Shown piece after piece: positions 21,974-35,602 of a stretch of DNA of 64,000 nt (its first letter is position 1; each line of letters starts with the position of its first letter). Location of the stretch: contig FLMG01000016.1 in NCBI GenBank assembly GCA_900088475.1, forward strand, positions 1 through 64,000, given 5' to 3'. Under the pieces are notes generated by a model that did no database searches, was not told where the DNA came from, and saw only the letters and a list, made by a program, of their open reading frames with translations. The stretch comes from Hyphochytrium catenoides (lineage: Eukaryota; Protista; Hyphochytriomycota). A program made the translations under genes and the position numbers.

Positions 21974-24900
21974 TCACTTCCTCTGCTCCTTCTGGCTCTT
22001 AAGTTCCAGCTTACCCACTGCCAAGGTGTGGACTTCGTCAGGTCCGTCAGCCAAGCGGAGTACACGGGCCCAAGTCCACAAATGGGCTAGAGGGAAGTCG
22101 TTGGAGACTCCAGCGCCTGGAGAGGCGATAGAGCGACACAAAGCATCTATAAGTTAGTTCGTATCAGACAGAACGCGAGCTGTCCATGCGGTAGAGCAAG
22201 CTGCTCTCCTCCGTTCCTAACCCAAAACCTAGCCTCACTCCGTTTATCCGTCTTAGTAAGCTTTGATCTGCTTTGATACTGCCTTTCCCAACCATCAGAA
22301 ACTAACAGAGGAACCCTAAATGCTCTTTCCCAAGTCTCTGCTTATCGTTTTTCTCCGCCCACTCAAAACGTCGTTGCCTTCTGGTCGGCTTCCCTTTTCA
22401 TTGCCTCACCTCCGTGCACTTGTATAGCACGATCAAGAACCTTTTGAGCCATCTGGGGCGCCACTACCTTGATCATTGCTATCTCCTTTCTCGCCGCTGC
22501 AGCCGGAAAAGTTTGTTAATTTAGAGCGTCGTGAGAAAGAGAAATGGAGAGGATCCTAGGAGGCGTGGAGATCATAGGTAAGAGAGAGAGAGCGGTGGCG
22601 GCAACCAAATTCAGGAAGCTGGATAGATACCTTTGTTTCCGACTGTATCCATCTTGCGTGCTGCATCGAGGACAAGGAAGCGCGCCTAGCATCATACACG
22701 ATTGGACGATCGCAATATTAACAATAGCACGGGATAGTGGAGTGTATCCCGCCTAACCGACTCTCTGCCACCTTGCTCAAGCAACTCTCTGTGTCTCTCT
22801 TCTTGGCCCGTACCTGATCAATCTCCATACGGCATTGTGCGATAGCAGTAAGCACACCGTCCATCTCAGAAAACTTCTTCCCGAAGGCCTGTAGCGAGCA
22901 AATACACCCAAGATGCACACTCAAGTCAGGCACTTCGCTCAGAATGGTTTTCAGCACTGAACTAAAAGCCTCCTCTTCTCTTGCGCGGTGCCGGCTAGTA
23001 CCAAACGGCCACGCTGGCCACTACAGTATCCGTTACTCCTAATGTCGCTTAGAACAATCGCTCTTACCTTTCGCTTAGAGGCTCTATCGGCCATGAGTTC
23101 GACAGCGCGCTCTGCTGCACCTATGAGACGCATGCAGTGGTGGATCCTGCCCGGGCCCAGTCGGCCCTTACAAAATGGATTCAGTCAGTTCCCTATCGAA
23201 CAGCCCAAACTGATGGATCCAACTCAAGGGATCCAGCTCAGCTCAATCAAACTTATTGCTGTCCGTCGGAGCTTTCGTATATTTAGATTTTCCCGTCCTT
23301 TGATACATTCTTGCATCCACTAAGCGATGAACAGCACATCATTTTATAGCTGTCACTCTTTATATGAACCCATGTCCTCCCTGTCATTTCCCGCCTTCAG
23401 CCTTCATGCGCCCTACCTGTGCAATTTCAAAGCCTCTGCCCTCTCCCAACAGGATATTCGTCGCAGGAACACGGACATTCTGAAACGTCATCTCTGCATG
23501 GCCCTCAGGGGCATCATCAAAGCCAAAGACTGGAAGAGGGCGTAGAACCTCCACACCTTCCAATGGTGAAATCAGGGTGAAAGCGCGAGAATAAAGGAGG
23601 TCAGAAGAGGAGAGACGGACACAGCACCAGGAGTCAAAAGAAGCCTTATAAAGTTATAACGTTTGGTTCTTGGGAACAAATGCACGTGATCAGAACAACT
23701 GCAATGAATATATGGTGTCCATCGCTAAAGAGCTCAACTTCATAGACACTATAAGTTGATCCAGCGACAAGAGCGTAAGAGCGACAGCTTGTGGCAACTA
23801 GTGAGCAACGCCTAGAGTAAAGAGAAGTCCGTAGCGTTTGCGAGGGAGTAACAGAGGGTAGGGAGGCAAACCTGGGGCGTCCATGGGAACCAAAACCATG
23901 GAATGTCGCCTATGCTTTTCAGCATCTGCTAATTCTGGGGTTCAAAAGGTATGGAGAAAGTGAACAAGGAGAGAGCAGGTATTAGATAGTTAAATTCCTC
24001 GAAGGTCAGTGGGCATTCCAACTGGCGCTCATCGGAGGTACCTTCATTCTGTCCCAAAAAGATGCAAAGCTTGCAATGCGGGTCTGGAGCCCCGGATATC
24101 CACCACTTTTTACCGTTTAGTACAAGCCAGTCTTCCCCTTCTCCTCCCGTTTTCTCACGTCTTATTGAGGAAGAGATATTGGTGGCATCGCTCGACGCCA
24201 CATCAGGCTCGGTCATTGCAAAGCATGACCGAATTTCCCCCTAAAAGGCAAGAGTATGATACGTTGCTAGACTATTAAGTAATCGACCACTGAAAGCTAG
24301 TACCAACGAGAATACTCGCGATGACAGGGTTTCTCCAGAAGGCGCCTCACAAGAGACAAAGAATGTACCACTATGTAACACAAGTCGCAAGCAAAACCAC
24401 CAACTGCTCGATATCAAAGGAGAAAGTGCACTGTGAGCAGTGATAGTGGCTGACGCCAATTCACTCACCTCTAATAATGGCAATAGCCACCGGTTTTTCT
24501 GTTCCTCAGTCCCGTAACGGGCAAGGATTTCCATATTCCCTGTCACCAGTGGTTAGGAGTGAGGGAGAAACTTGCCTACAATCAACAAGCTCCTGTTTCT
24601 GATCTCGCTGTTTGCACTTCTAGCAGTACCTGTATCCGGAGCGCTGCAGTTGAAGATCTCAGGGGCAACTATGGACCTGCCCATCTCTTCACACATCGGG
24701 GCGTACTCGGCATTTGTCAGCCCAGCACCATATTTCCCTAAAGCGTGGGCAAATAACGAGGGCATTACACACTATGGTCAATGACGGTCACCACTGGCTA
24801 CCAAGGGTTGATGGGATACTCCACGGATAGGCGAAGAATGGACAGTGCTGTAAGTCGTGTATCAAACGATGCCATCAGCAGGACCTTAAATGGGCTTGTG

Positions 24901-27900
24901 CAGTCAGTTTGGTCCAACATAACAAAAGAGATTACTTCCGAGAAGAGAGAATAAAAGAGGAATAAGCACACCCTACCGCTGTCATTTTCCACGGGAAGGA
25001 AGAGGTTCCATAGTCCAGCGGCTTTGGCCTTCCCTTTCAGCTGTTCTACTAGTGGTGCCCGGGCCTTCCACTGTCATGCATATGGAAATAAGTATATAAA
25101 GAACAAGTATATGTATAAACTAGGTCTCTAAAAACATAAGGTAGCCGAGAACAATGGAAATGGAGTGAAAAGGTTGTGGCCGTTCAGAGGTAGCAAGGAA
25201 GTGAAATGCTGGTCTAACAGCATCTGCGTGGCAGCGGTCACCCTGTTAGAACAGCCAGGGTATTCCGTGAATGAGTGAACCACGTAAAAGCACAACGGTA
25301 GAATGTCACCTTATGTGAAGAGTGATAGTTGTGGTGCAGGATCTGCTGTTCAACGGGGAGAATCTCATCTCTGACAAATTCCTTCACTTCCTTCAGTAGC
25401 TTGGTTGCCTTCTCTGATAGTCCATAAGGGGGCTGTGAATTTAGTGGTTAACGCCAACAGAGAGAGTCAAGTAATAAGGGACGAGACTATCAAAGATCAG
25501 TGTTTAGCGAGAGGGACGTAGGTTTATGAGAACAAGGGGGGAAGTTTTGTGAAGACTGAGCGACCACGTCTCGATTAAACTTACTGAGATGCTGTCTCTG
25601 CCGACTGCCCGGGGCAGTTCTGCCTTGGCAGTTGCATGGAATCCTCCACTGAAGGCAGCGCCGGTTGCCGACATTTCAGCATGATGCTGCTGTATCAGTT
25701 CATTTCCTAAAGGAAGTCCAATCCGTGCAGTTAGTAGACAGCAGGATTCGATATGGGGCACCAATGGTCCATAATACATAATCAACCACGGAGTCAGGGG
25801 ATGCAAGGAGGATCACCTTTCTTCGCCATTGCTGAGGCTAGTCGACCCACAGCCACTGCCTTATGGGAGCTGGCATTGCCCTGCTGGGCTCTACAATAAA
25901 CACCCTAGGCCCGGTTATTGTTAGCATCTAGTACCGCCAACATAGGTCCCACAAATGAAGAGCAGACATAGCTAGGAGCATGAGTAGTGTATATGAGCAA
26001 GCACACCCTAAGCGATAGGACGGGTGCAAACAAATTGAGCTATCAGACACTGCGGGAAAGGACGTGCAAAAATAGAGTTGCCTTTGACACAAAGAGCAAT
26101 AGGGGTGCGCTTTTCACCTGCAAGATTGCTGCCACCCTAAAGAACGCGAAGGCAACGTAGAAGTTCCAGTTCTCAATACCACCAGTAGGAAGCCCCGCCC
26201 GACGACAGTACTCATCCAGATGCTCCTGTAAAGTGGGGATGGCCAACGCGGAGTGATCAATTCCCTAATGAGAGCAAGATGAATGTTAGCTCAAACTTTA
26301 TAGCAGAAAATTGGAGCGAAGAGGTGAGAAGTGAACTATTGCAACATCTTAGATAGACATATCTCAGTTGCTCTAGCTTACCTCTAATCCTCCAAGAGGT
26401 GGAGGGGTTCCCTGCTTGAGATAGTACAGCAAGGAGTTAAAGGCCAGGTCACTCATAGGGTGACCCAGGGTTGATAGCTCTATAATGATAGGGAGACCAC
26501 CAGGTGAGCAGCTGAAAACCGTAAAGAGAAAAAAGAGGAGGAGATGGCGCTCACCCCAGTCTAGAATTCCTTCCACCTCCAAAGTCTTTTTGTTAAAGAT
26601 CATATTGTCCAGGCGTAGATCTCCATGCACTAAAGTTGTTTGGTCGGTAATCGTCCCGACGTACATCTCAAGGTACTCAATCAGCTTTTCCATGGCTCGA
26701 GGATCGTGGTCCGGAGTCAGACTTGCCTATGCGAATAATTAGAGGGATAACTCTTTCCCCTCTACAGCTGCCGGAATGTATCTCGTTGTACCACACATCT
26801 TGTCCGATGCCACATCAGTCCCCACCTTTCCTTCTCCCTTTTATTGATCCTGGCGTCGCCACACATTCCCTTGCACCTCCATCCCGGACTCACCTTGTAC
26901 TGAGTGGTCCAAGTCTTCATTTGACGTTCAAAGTACCTTCCCTCTTTTCCATAGTCGGCTAGACCTACGAGACGGTTAGATAATGCGGTTTTTCCCCACG
27001 GTGAACCCCGTAATCTTTAGTCTGGCGTTGACGCTGGGACAAAAGTCAAATATTACGTCACAGATCACACCGGGTAGCACTAACATAGCATAAGCCCTCA
27101 CTTAAAAGAAGCCCGGCCTATCGTCTCCCGTACGGTTGGACAAAAGCAGCTAACAGGCTTGCCCTGTCCATAACTTCTGACTGTGCTTACCGATCGCCTT
27201 GTAGTCCACCTTGTGTAGATCAGCGATCTTTTGTACCATGGAGATATAGACTCTCTTCCTGGCGCTCCCGTTACTTCCGAGCTCATCTAAAGTCGGCTGC
27301 TTGAATAAAAACCCTGGGGTGTAGTCGTAGATGTAGAAGGGAGTCCCGATTACGGAGCGATCCTCACAGTACAGACGGACGTTAGGTACTGGGATGTTGG
27401 TCCTAGAGCCCAAAGCCTTCATGATCTGAACATCGCGATGAAGGCAGGAGCTCAGATTTGATCGAGGAAGAGCGGTTAACACTGATGTTTAAGGGTTTCA
27501 TTGCCCAGCCAGCCAGCCTTTCTTAAGGGGCCAATCGGACAGAGAGTATTTGTGCGTACCCGATACTCTCGGTCGACAGCGTGTGCCCCTTTCAGAAGCT
27601 TGCCGTGCGGCTGACGTCTGAGCACGAGCGGAGGAAATGAGTCGGACCTTATGGCGTACGTCTATGACAAGAGAGTAAGCCGATTTGCCTTTTGAAGCTC
27701 CACACCGTTTGCACCTACCGGATTACTCTGTCCATGACTAAACCGGCGGACATAGATTTGATCAAAGTCATTGTGGCGCATCTCAGGAATCTTTGGCTTC
27801 AAATAATCAAGCAGCTTCTGAAAGTCTACATCCTTATTCCTGTGTGCAAACGTATGTTGATAAAAAGTAAGCCTTACCCTTAACCCAGCATATTGGGATA

Positions 27901-28040
27901 GCCTACCTAACGGCTTCTTGCTCCTGGCGATTTCTGGCCATGCCGAACCTGTCGTAGGATCTTAAGGGGAAGCTGATAGAGTGCTTTCCCCTTGAGGCCG
28001 TGCCTCTACGTGGCAGGCTTCTGATAAAGAGTTGCCGCAT
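21974..28040 (-). CDS. ACAD11: ACAD10/ACAD11 (IBR3)-type protein: APH-like kinase domain plus acyl-CoA dehydrogenase; many exons; Arg-rich presequence
   Basis: Exons read FSHGQSNP|[34 protein letters not shown]...ILDW|[21 protein letters not shown]|[50 protein letters not shown] and [13 protein letters not shown]. Likely ATG at 28040 ([13 protein letters not shown]...), stop at 21974. Confidence 0.92.
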
Positions 28041-30220
28041 CCCTGCTATTTCAAGGGACTAGGGACTAAGTAGTCCCAGCCGAACCTTTCACCCCCAACT
28101 CCTGGCGAGGTCACCTCTCTACGATGGTCCTTCTTCTAGGACCAATTGGCGCACAGCAGCTAATGATGGTGAAAGACCAGACGCCGAGTGTTGAGAAATG
28201 CTTAGGGCTGGAGTCGAAGCTTTCACGGAGCATGAAGATCTGACTGACAGTCTTGAAGCGACAGCAACAACAGCTGCAGCGCTGGCATCGCTTCTGGGCT
28301 TCAACGTGAAGGGAAAATCATTCTGAGGAATCACTATGTCAAGAATCGTCCCTTTGATCCTTCAGTGATAACTCGAGTCTCGGACTTCAAAAATTACAAG
28401 TAGAAGTACTTATGATACTTGATGGTGGTGTACCTTACTGTACCGAAATAACTGTGAAAGTACTTAAGTAGAGCTACCGTACATCCAATCACACAAGTAC
28501 TTGTAATTGCACAACTATGCAGGTCAGGCTGTTGACGGTGAGCAGTGAAACAGTAGTACAGCTGTGCCTTATTTAGTTCTTTATTAGAAGAAGTAGGGGA
28601 AACTAACAGATTGGAGTGACTAATAACAAACTATCACCGCGTTTTACAGGACTAATTTAACAGTTATACTCTTCATTCCACAGTCTACATCACCGAGGAT
28701 GAGAGTAGAGTCCAAAAAACAAAAGCTGTAGAATAGTTCTACAGCTCCAGAACTACTGTACAGAAGATCATCTGCGAGGAGCTTTTGAATCAAGAATAGC
28801 TCTCCTCCTCCCACTGCTACTAGTTCTACAGTTCGCCACATTTGTGCCACCCAGATCCTCCTGAGACCCTCTACTCTTGATGTGAGTCCCGTGAGAAAGT
28901 CACATTCGACCCATCGAGTGGTGTTCATTCCAAGAGTCACTCATAGATTACAAGATCACAAGTACTTTACTCACACTCCAAACTGGAAAGGAAACTACAA
29001 TCTTAGGGCCCAACCTGCAGATGTCCTATTGTCTACCCGCGTGATCACGACGCTGGTGTTCGAAGGCCAGAGGTAGCGAATGATGGATAGAACTACTTGA
29101 CTTTCCACCAAAGAGCTGTCTTTAGTTAGGTGGGGTGATGCTGGTCCGTACACTTTTTTAGTGACACATAATATAACAGGTACCTTGGAACGTCCTAGAC
29201 CACAGGTGCAATGCGACTATGGGGGTTAAAATAAATAATCTATTCAGCGGGCTGAAATGGAAGTGCTCCATAAAATATTGGTAGAATAGGACAGTGGTGA
29301 GTGATGTCCCTTGGAAAAAGCGCAGGCATGGACTCATAAGATGGTAGAAGAACTTATCGACGCACGCAAGAAGAAGTGCACCTAGAATCTATCGAGAGGG
29401 AGAGAAGTACCCTGTAAGTTAGCGAACTGCAAAGCATGTGCAACAGTATTTCTATTGTTACCGTAGCAAGAGTGAGAACGCAGAAATTGGTTTTCTTTCA
29501 CCTTTCGCCCCAGGAGGACATAATAAGTCTCGCTCAGACATAGGAGATCACTCTTGTCCGAACTATGCAACGTAGAGAGCGTCGCGGCTGAGAGTCCTTA
29601 TCCCTGAGCTACATTAGCAGGCAGCACCCACGTTTCCTCCCAAAGTAAACGGAGACTAGAACTACTGGTCAGTACTCCCGATCCTGAAAACAATCTTATG
29701 CCTCTCTGACACCAGCAAAGTTTCTTGTCTTTTTTGTATCGTCGTCCTTCCACCCCGGTGGCAGAGCGGAGCAAAGCTTGCTGAGTTGGAAGAAAAAAAT
29801 AGATCTCGTTCTACTCCGACGCAATAGGGAGAGAGCGTTCTCTGCCTGTTATTAACTACTGATACTATGTTGCCTCCCTATCTCAACTAACGCGCAAAAG
29901 AAGAGTGGGCGTTGAAAATTCCGTTGCCACCAGTGCGAGTGAGGTAAACCTCGAAACATCATCGACCAAGGATGGACCACATCTGCAACAAAAGCGGCTG
30001 CCCCACTGTATAACTTCTAAAATAACACTACGCGAAGCTGTTGTGGCTCGTGCAGCCCATGCTATGAAATGGGGCCTCTCCAGGGTAGCGCGCAAGTTTG
30101 ACCAGAGTCACCGTGGTCGACGCCTTCGAAAGATGCAGCCAGACTTCAATTTACAGGCCGCAGTCTCTCTTGAAGGCATTCAACGTGCTCTTTGAGGTCC
30201 TGCAACCTTGATTAATAAGT

Positions 30221-31585
30221 ATGTCCTTGGAGGAACAAAAGGGATGCGCTTATCCCTATGTGGGAGTGGAGTGCGATGATCTCTTCAAAGATGCACCGGG
30301 AATGCATGACAAGTACCTCACATGGCGCATAGTAACTGGGAGTCTCGGTCTTTTAACAGCCGCAATCAGCGCCGTTAGGCTCTGTCAAGTCATTCATCTC
30401 GGTGGTCCACTGCAAAAGCAGATTTTCACTCTTCTACTATTGAGTTCTCTGACGTTGGTGGTACGCGCCGTCGATCCAGAAGGGTATGGCGGACTCTTGC
30501 CTCTATCTGTTTGCAACTCTCTTGAAATGGTGGGCTTTGGTTTCTTATACACTATCGCGATAGTGATACCACGCGTATGGCTGTCTCTGGCTGAGACCCG
30601 AAGCACCTCCTCCGGCACCTTAAAGACCACGGTCTGGATGCGAAAGCTCGCTTTCGGTCTGCTTTTCTTCTTATGGCTTAACTTCGTTGCACTGGCGGTG
30701 TTCGCATCACTCAGTCCCTTCGATCCGAAGCTACAAGGTATTCTATACGCTCTGCTGGGAGGGCTTACTATAGTAATGGCAATCTATACGGTCTGCGCGG
30801 GCTGTATTCTTGGTCGAAGCATTATGTCAGCTCTGCAGGAAGAGCGGTTGGGCACACCGCCAGGAGGTGATGGACTCCGTATATCTTTAAAGGAAGCGGA
30901 CCACATTCGGAGTCATCGTCTGGGTTCGTCCGGCGCTTATACCTCGGCGTACATTCCGTCACCTGCCGGATCATCCAACGAAAGCTTCTGTCAAGCACTT
31001 ACTCGGGTCTGCCAGGAGGCTCCCCGCATAGCCAAAATGGTGAGCATGATGGTTATGATCGCACTGGCCATGGCAGGACTGCAATTAGTGCAATCCTTAC
31101 AACTCCTAAGCAGTAGTAACACGTACGGAGAGACTCAGTGGGCGCAGTACCAATACTGCATGCAAGAAACTCCGAAAGATCCTAAGATTTGTGAAGAGGC
31201 AAACTCCCACATGATCTATCCCATTAGCATCCCAATACAGGCAGCACTGATTCTCTTCTCCGCGTGGATATTTTGGAAGATTCCGGGTGCCAAGACCGAA
31301 AATGGTTCTGATGAAGGGAGTGGTGCAATGAGTATGGGAAAACGTGGAAGCTATGGGCCACCAAGAAGTGGAGATGCTGAAGGCTTCTCTCTGGACGCCG
31401 AATATCTAGGCAGCCCGTCCTTTTACCCGACCGAAGTTCTAGTTACGGAAGTAGAGGATGTTGGCCAGTATCAGCTTTACATCGCTAGGGAGACGCTACA
31501 TGTCCACCCGGAGGACGAGACCACTCCGCCAAAGGACGAGGAGGGCATCCGCTTTTACCTGAATAGTCAAGCTTCATCACAGTAA
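30221..31585 (+). CDS. 7-transmembrane receptor-like protein (paralog A)
   Basis: Intronless 454-aa ORF with seven hydrophobic helices, Cys pairs in the N-terminus and last extracellular loop, and an RAVDPEGY motif. Aligns motif by motif with 35603-36868. Confidence 0.8.
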   Translation: MSLEEQKGCAYPYVGVECDDLFKDAPGMHDKYLTWRIVTGSLGLLTAAISAVRLCQVIHLGGPLQKQIFTLLLLSSLTLVVRAVDPEGYGGLLPLSVCNSLEMVGFGFLYTIAIVIPRVWLSLAETRSTSSGTLKTTVWMRKLAFGLLFFLWLNFVALAVFASLSPFDPKLQGILYALLGGLTIVMAIYTVCAGCILGRSIMSALQEERLGTPPGGDGLRISLKEADHIRSHRLGSSGAYTSAYIPSPAGSSNESFCQALTRVCQEAPRIAKMVSMMVMIALAMAGLQLVQSLQLLSSSNTYGETQWAQYQYCMQETPKDPKICEEANSHMIYPISIPIQAALILFSAWIFWKIPGAKTENGSDEGSGAMSMGKRGSYGPPRSGDAEGFSLDAEYLGSPSFYPTEVLVTEVEDVGQYQLYIARETLHVHPEDETTPPKDEEGIRFYLNSQASSQ

Positions 31586-33241
31586 AAGGTGGACGGAGGC
31601 ATGGCTGGTAAATGCAAGAGTTCCATTTTGAATCAATTGCTGGGCTCTTCTGATCTCCTCCGTCGCGAACCGAACAGCATTGCTCGGTTGTTTTGGTCTT
31701 AGTTGAGAGCTGGTTGCGTCCGTCGTTGTTCAGTAGGTGGGAACAAGGGCCGCCGCTACGAATAGGAAGACGCATCTCTGCCCACTGGTCCATCTATGGA
31801 GGCAGAGGCTGGTGGCGGGACGCGCGTGTATCTTAGTTATGTTCCACGGCTGGCGCTCAGTTTCTCTTTGATGCCCTTCGGCTGCTGTGAGGATGTTCAT
31901 TACCATTACCGATTTCTGCATGCTCGTACATACTCCCTCTTTCTATTATTTTCATTAACATCATTATTTATAAAAGAAGGTAACCATCATGGTCCTCTAA
32001 GCAAGCTATGAATCCGCAGTGATTAGCATAGGGATTAACATGTGATGAACCTTAGTCTGCCACGACCGACCTCAACAAACTCTTCTTTTCCCATATGTTC
32101 ATAAGTGTGAGACGTCATCACACGAGCAGTTAATTAGGTCAAGAATAAAGGCACTGTGATCAACAGCACAGCATCAATCGCAAAGGACGCTTACCTATTG
32201 TCATTTTGCACTTGATCTCGCCATTTTGAGCTCTTCACCGCTGCATCCTTTACTGGGCAGGAGGAAGTCAATGATGGCTTACTTCGTCAAGAAGGGATAT
32301 CGATGCCGTCGGCAGGTTGTCAACATTTCTTAGTGGGAGAAAAGGTAGATAAAAGCCCTTGCTGCTACCTCTCTCTCATGGCTGCTATAACTACTCTCGA
32401 CATATAATTTTGTGAAGAGTAGGAGTTAGTTCTGACATCCCATTGTCTGTCGGACTGTTGAGAACCACGATGACAGCTAGCTAATGATCATCATTCGGGA
32501 AGAAGGGAGGAGGATGATGAATAGCGCCACCACACATACAGCAGCGGCATTATTGCAGCTCGCCTTCTTCCTCGGCGGTGAGCGATGCCCTCAAGCATCA
32601 TCATCCTCACTGTCGGTAAGTACCAGTCAATCCTCGTTAATTATAGTCGAAGAAAGGCATCTTCCTTCGTATTTCCCAACAATATTTTCCTTCAGGACAA
32701 AAGGTCAATAACATCACCTATCCATCAGTTATCAATGGTCTTGATCTCTCGAACCAGATCGAAAAGATCCTGGAACAGATTGGGGAGAAGAATCCTTGTA
32801 CTGTAAGGGAAAGGGGAAACAAGGGAAGGGATGTTGGATGATGTTGCAGGTGTTGCAGGATAGACTGCGGCGACGACGATGATGAAGGAAAGGAAGAGCA
32901 ACGAATAGAAAGCAGGATCCCCGCGCCACAGATGCAGGCGAGATGATGGAGGAGCCCCGAGCTGGCAAAGGCCAATGAAGCAAGGAACCGCGGCCAACCT
33001 CGGCTTGGATTAGAGCAAGGATCGGGAGAAGTGGTGAAGACTGGGCAGCAGCCTACTTCCTATAATCTACGACGAGGAGAACGCATATATCCTTCTAAGA
33101 TCGTTGCCGGTAGAGGAGAAGTGCCAGACGAGCCTGGAGAAGAGTCCCACGTGGGACGGAGAGTAGGTATCAGGGACGAGTGCACCTTATTCGCGGTTAC
33201 TGGACGAGCAAGAAACTTCTTCATCACTTGCCTAGCGAAGA

Positions 33242-35288
33242 ATGGAAACAGCAGTTGAAGTCTACCCGCTTAAACCAGTGGCGCAGAACTATGCCTGGGG
33301 CAAGACAGGACCAAACAGTCTAGTCGCACAGTTGCTAGTAAGTATGCTTTCCTGGTGTCCGTGAAACGTGGAACCAGCCAACATCATGCTGTTCGACTCA
33401 GGAGGGAGGCATGACAGGATCTATTCAGAGTAATCTACCTTATGCTGAGCTCTGGTAAGGATTCTCACTAAACCTGAGGCCTGGCCTTGCAAGTGGCCGA
33501 ATGCGGCCAATTTTCACACTCGACGGTAGCTTAGAGGAAGAAGGTTCTAACAACTCGTCTCACTCTATTTCAGGATGGGCACCCATCCGAATGGTCCAGG
33601 GAAGATTGAAACCGGTAAAGGAGAGTGCTTGCTCTCCGATTGGCTGAAGGTCAATCTTGGCTTTCGTCCTGAGCACATGTCTGCCTTTCTAACCTCAACT
33701 GACAGGCCAATCCGGGAGCCATGGGTGAGGACCTCCAGGGCAAGGATTTACCTTTCCTTTTCAAAGTTCTCTCTGTCAACAAGGCCTTATCCATCCAGGT
33801 ATGACCTCAGCGTCACGACTGTTTGTAGTGGTACTCATCCTGTGCTATGGAAAGGCCCATCCTGACAAGCCAGGTGCAGAGCGGCTACATTCGGAGAAGC
33901 CTGAACACTATAAGGATGATAACCACAAACCAGAGATGTGCATCGCGATGACGGAGTTTGAGGCGCTGTAAGTACTCCGCTGTCCAGCTTCGGGATGCTG
34001 AGGGGTTGCACTAACCGGACTTCGCGATCGACTTGCAGCTGTGAATTCCGCGAGATGTCCCAGGTTCAGGCTTACCTCTCAGCAGTGCCAGAGTTCCGCG
34101 CCCTCTTTCCTGCTGACGGTACGCAGAAGTTTCAGCGATGTGACTTGCTAGCATAACCTATTGGACTTATCTCGTCTTTCTCTTCTGCATCTGCTCCATG
34201 TTCCTTCCAGTGGCCAAGGAAATGGCGGAAAATCCTAGCCCCGGAGCGCTCAGAAAACTCTTCACTTCCTATGTGCACACCGACGCAGAAGTGGCTCGCA
34301 GGTGCCTCGAAGAGTTGCAGGGCAGATTGGAAAAGGGTCAGACCCAAGATGAGCTAGAGCAGTTGGTGCTGCGGCTCGCAAAACAATACCCGGGAGACTT
34401 CGGGGCTTTCGCTCCTTTTTTACTGAACTACGTGAAGCTTCACCCTGGAGACGCAATATTCATGGGGCCCAATGAGCCACATGCCTACCTTTCAGGTATA
34501 GCGGGAGTGAAGGGCTTTGTCAGCTAGTATTGCTGTTAGAAGTAAGAGGACGGAAACACAGATATGATATCGTAAGAGGAGAAACATTTTAGGAGGGGAC
34601 TGGCTACGACTTGTCCTAACAACTTCCATGGTATGCAGGGGAGTGTATCGAATGCATGGCGACATCTGATAACGTAGTGCGGGCCGGTTTGACTCCAAAG
34701 TTCATTGATAAGGCGACGCTCTGTGATATGCTGACATACAAGTAAGCTCTTGCTCATGATTGGTTTGCCTGACATGCCCTTCTTGATCTCTCAAAACAGT
34801 GGGTGCCACCTAATCTTTTCAGGTGTGGCATGCCGATTGTGATTCCTGGGCAAAAAGTTGATGAGTGCACGACGTCGTACATTCCCCCTACTCCTGAGTT
34901 CCGCGTGGAGAAGATATCTTTAGCTCCTCGAAGTAACTACAGGCTTGACGGCAGCAAGAGCCCACAAATTCTTCTATGCACGGCTGGCACTGGCCACATT
35001 CAAGGCAACAATACGGACAGGTGGGGAACCTTACAGAGTTGGAGTAGGGACTTGCAAGTCGCAAAGACAAGTAGCTGACGCTTTCCTTACCGCAGTACGG
35101 AACATTCTGTGTCGAAAGGGAGGGTGTTTCTCTTGACTGCTGGGGCTAATGGACCCGAGCTACGGTCCTCAGAGGCTGGCCTGGAGCTATTCAAGGCCCA
35201 CTACAATGAGGCCACCTACCGGTCTCACAGCTTCATCAGGCAAAACTCCGTAGACCGTAGAGTGAGCGACAGATATATTCTTAGCTAG
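33242..35288 (+). CDS. MPI: Mannose-6-phosphate isomerase (type I phosphomannose isomerase), multi-exon
   Basis: Exons encode QNYAWGK, ELW|[62 protein letters not shown] and [23 protein letters not shown] 33242, stop 35288. Confidence 0.95.
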
Positions 35289-35602
35289 GTACTGCGCATG
35301 CTCAAAAGAGTTACTCCTAGAGAGTGAGGCGATTGCTTTAGCACCTCAACGAGGCAATCTAATTGAGAAGTCTAAGATGGTGCCGGCGATACGGTCGTGC
35401 GATCACAACTTTCATTGAGTAATGGACATAGTATTATAGGAAATGTGAAGAAAAGGCTAACCTCCTGCATCAGATACAAAAAGAGAGAACGTGGCCTCAG
35501 ACTGGGTCAGAGAAAGTATTCCAGCATTTGCAATGCGCAGATAGCGTGCTGAATGAGTGTATCATCAGCGGCCTTGATAATAAGAGGCAATCGCTCGGAG
35601 TA

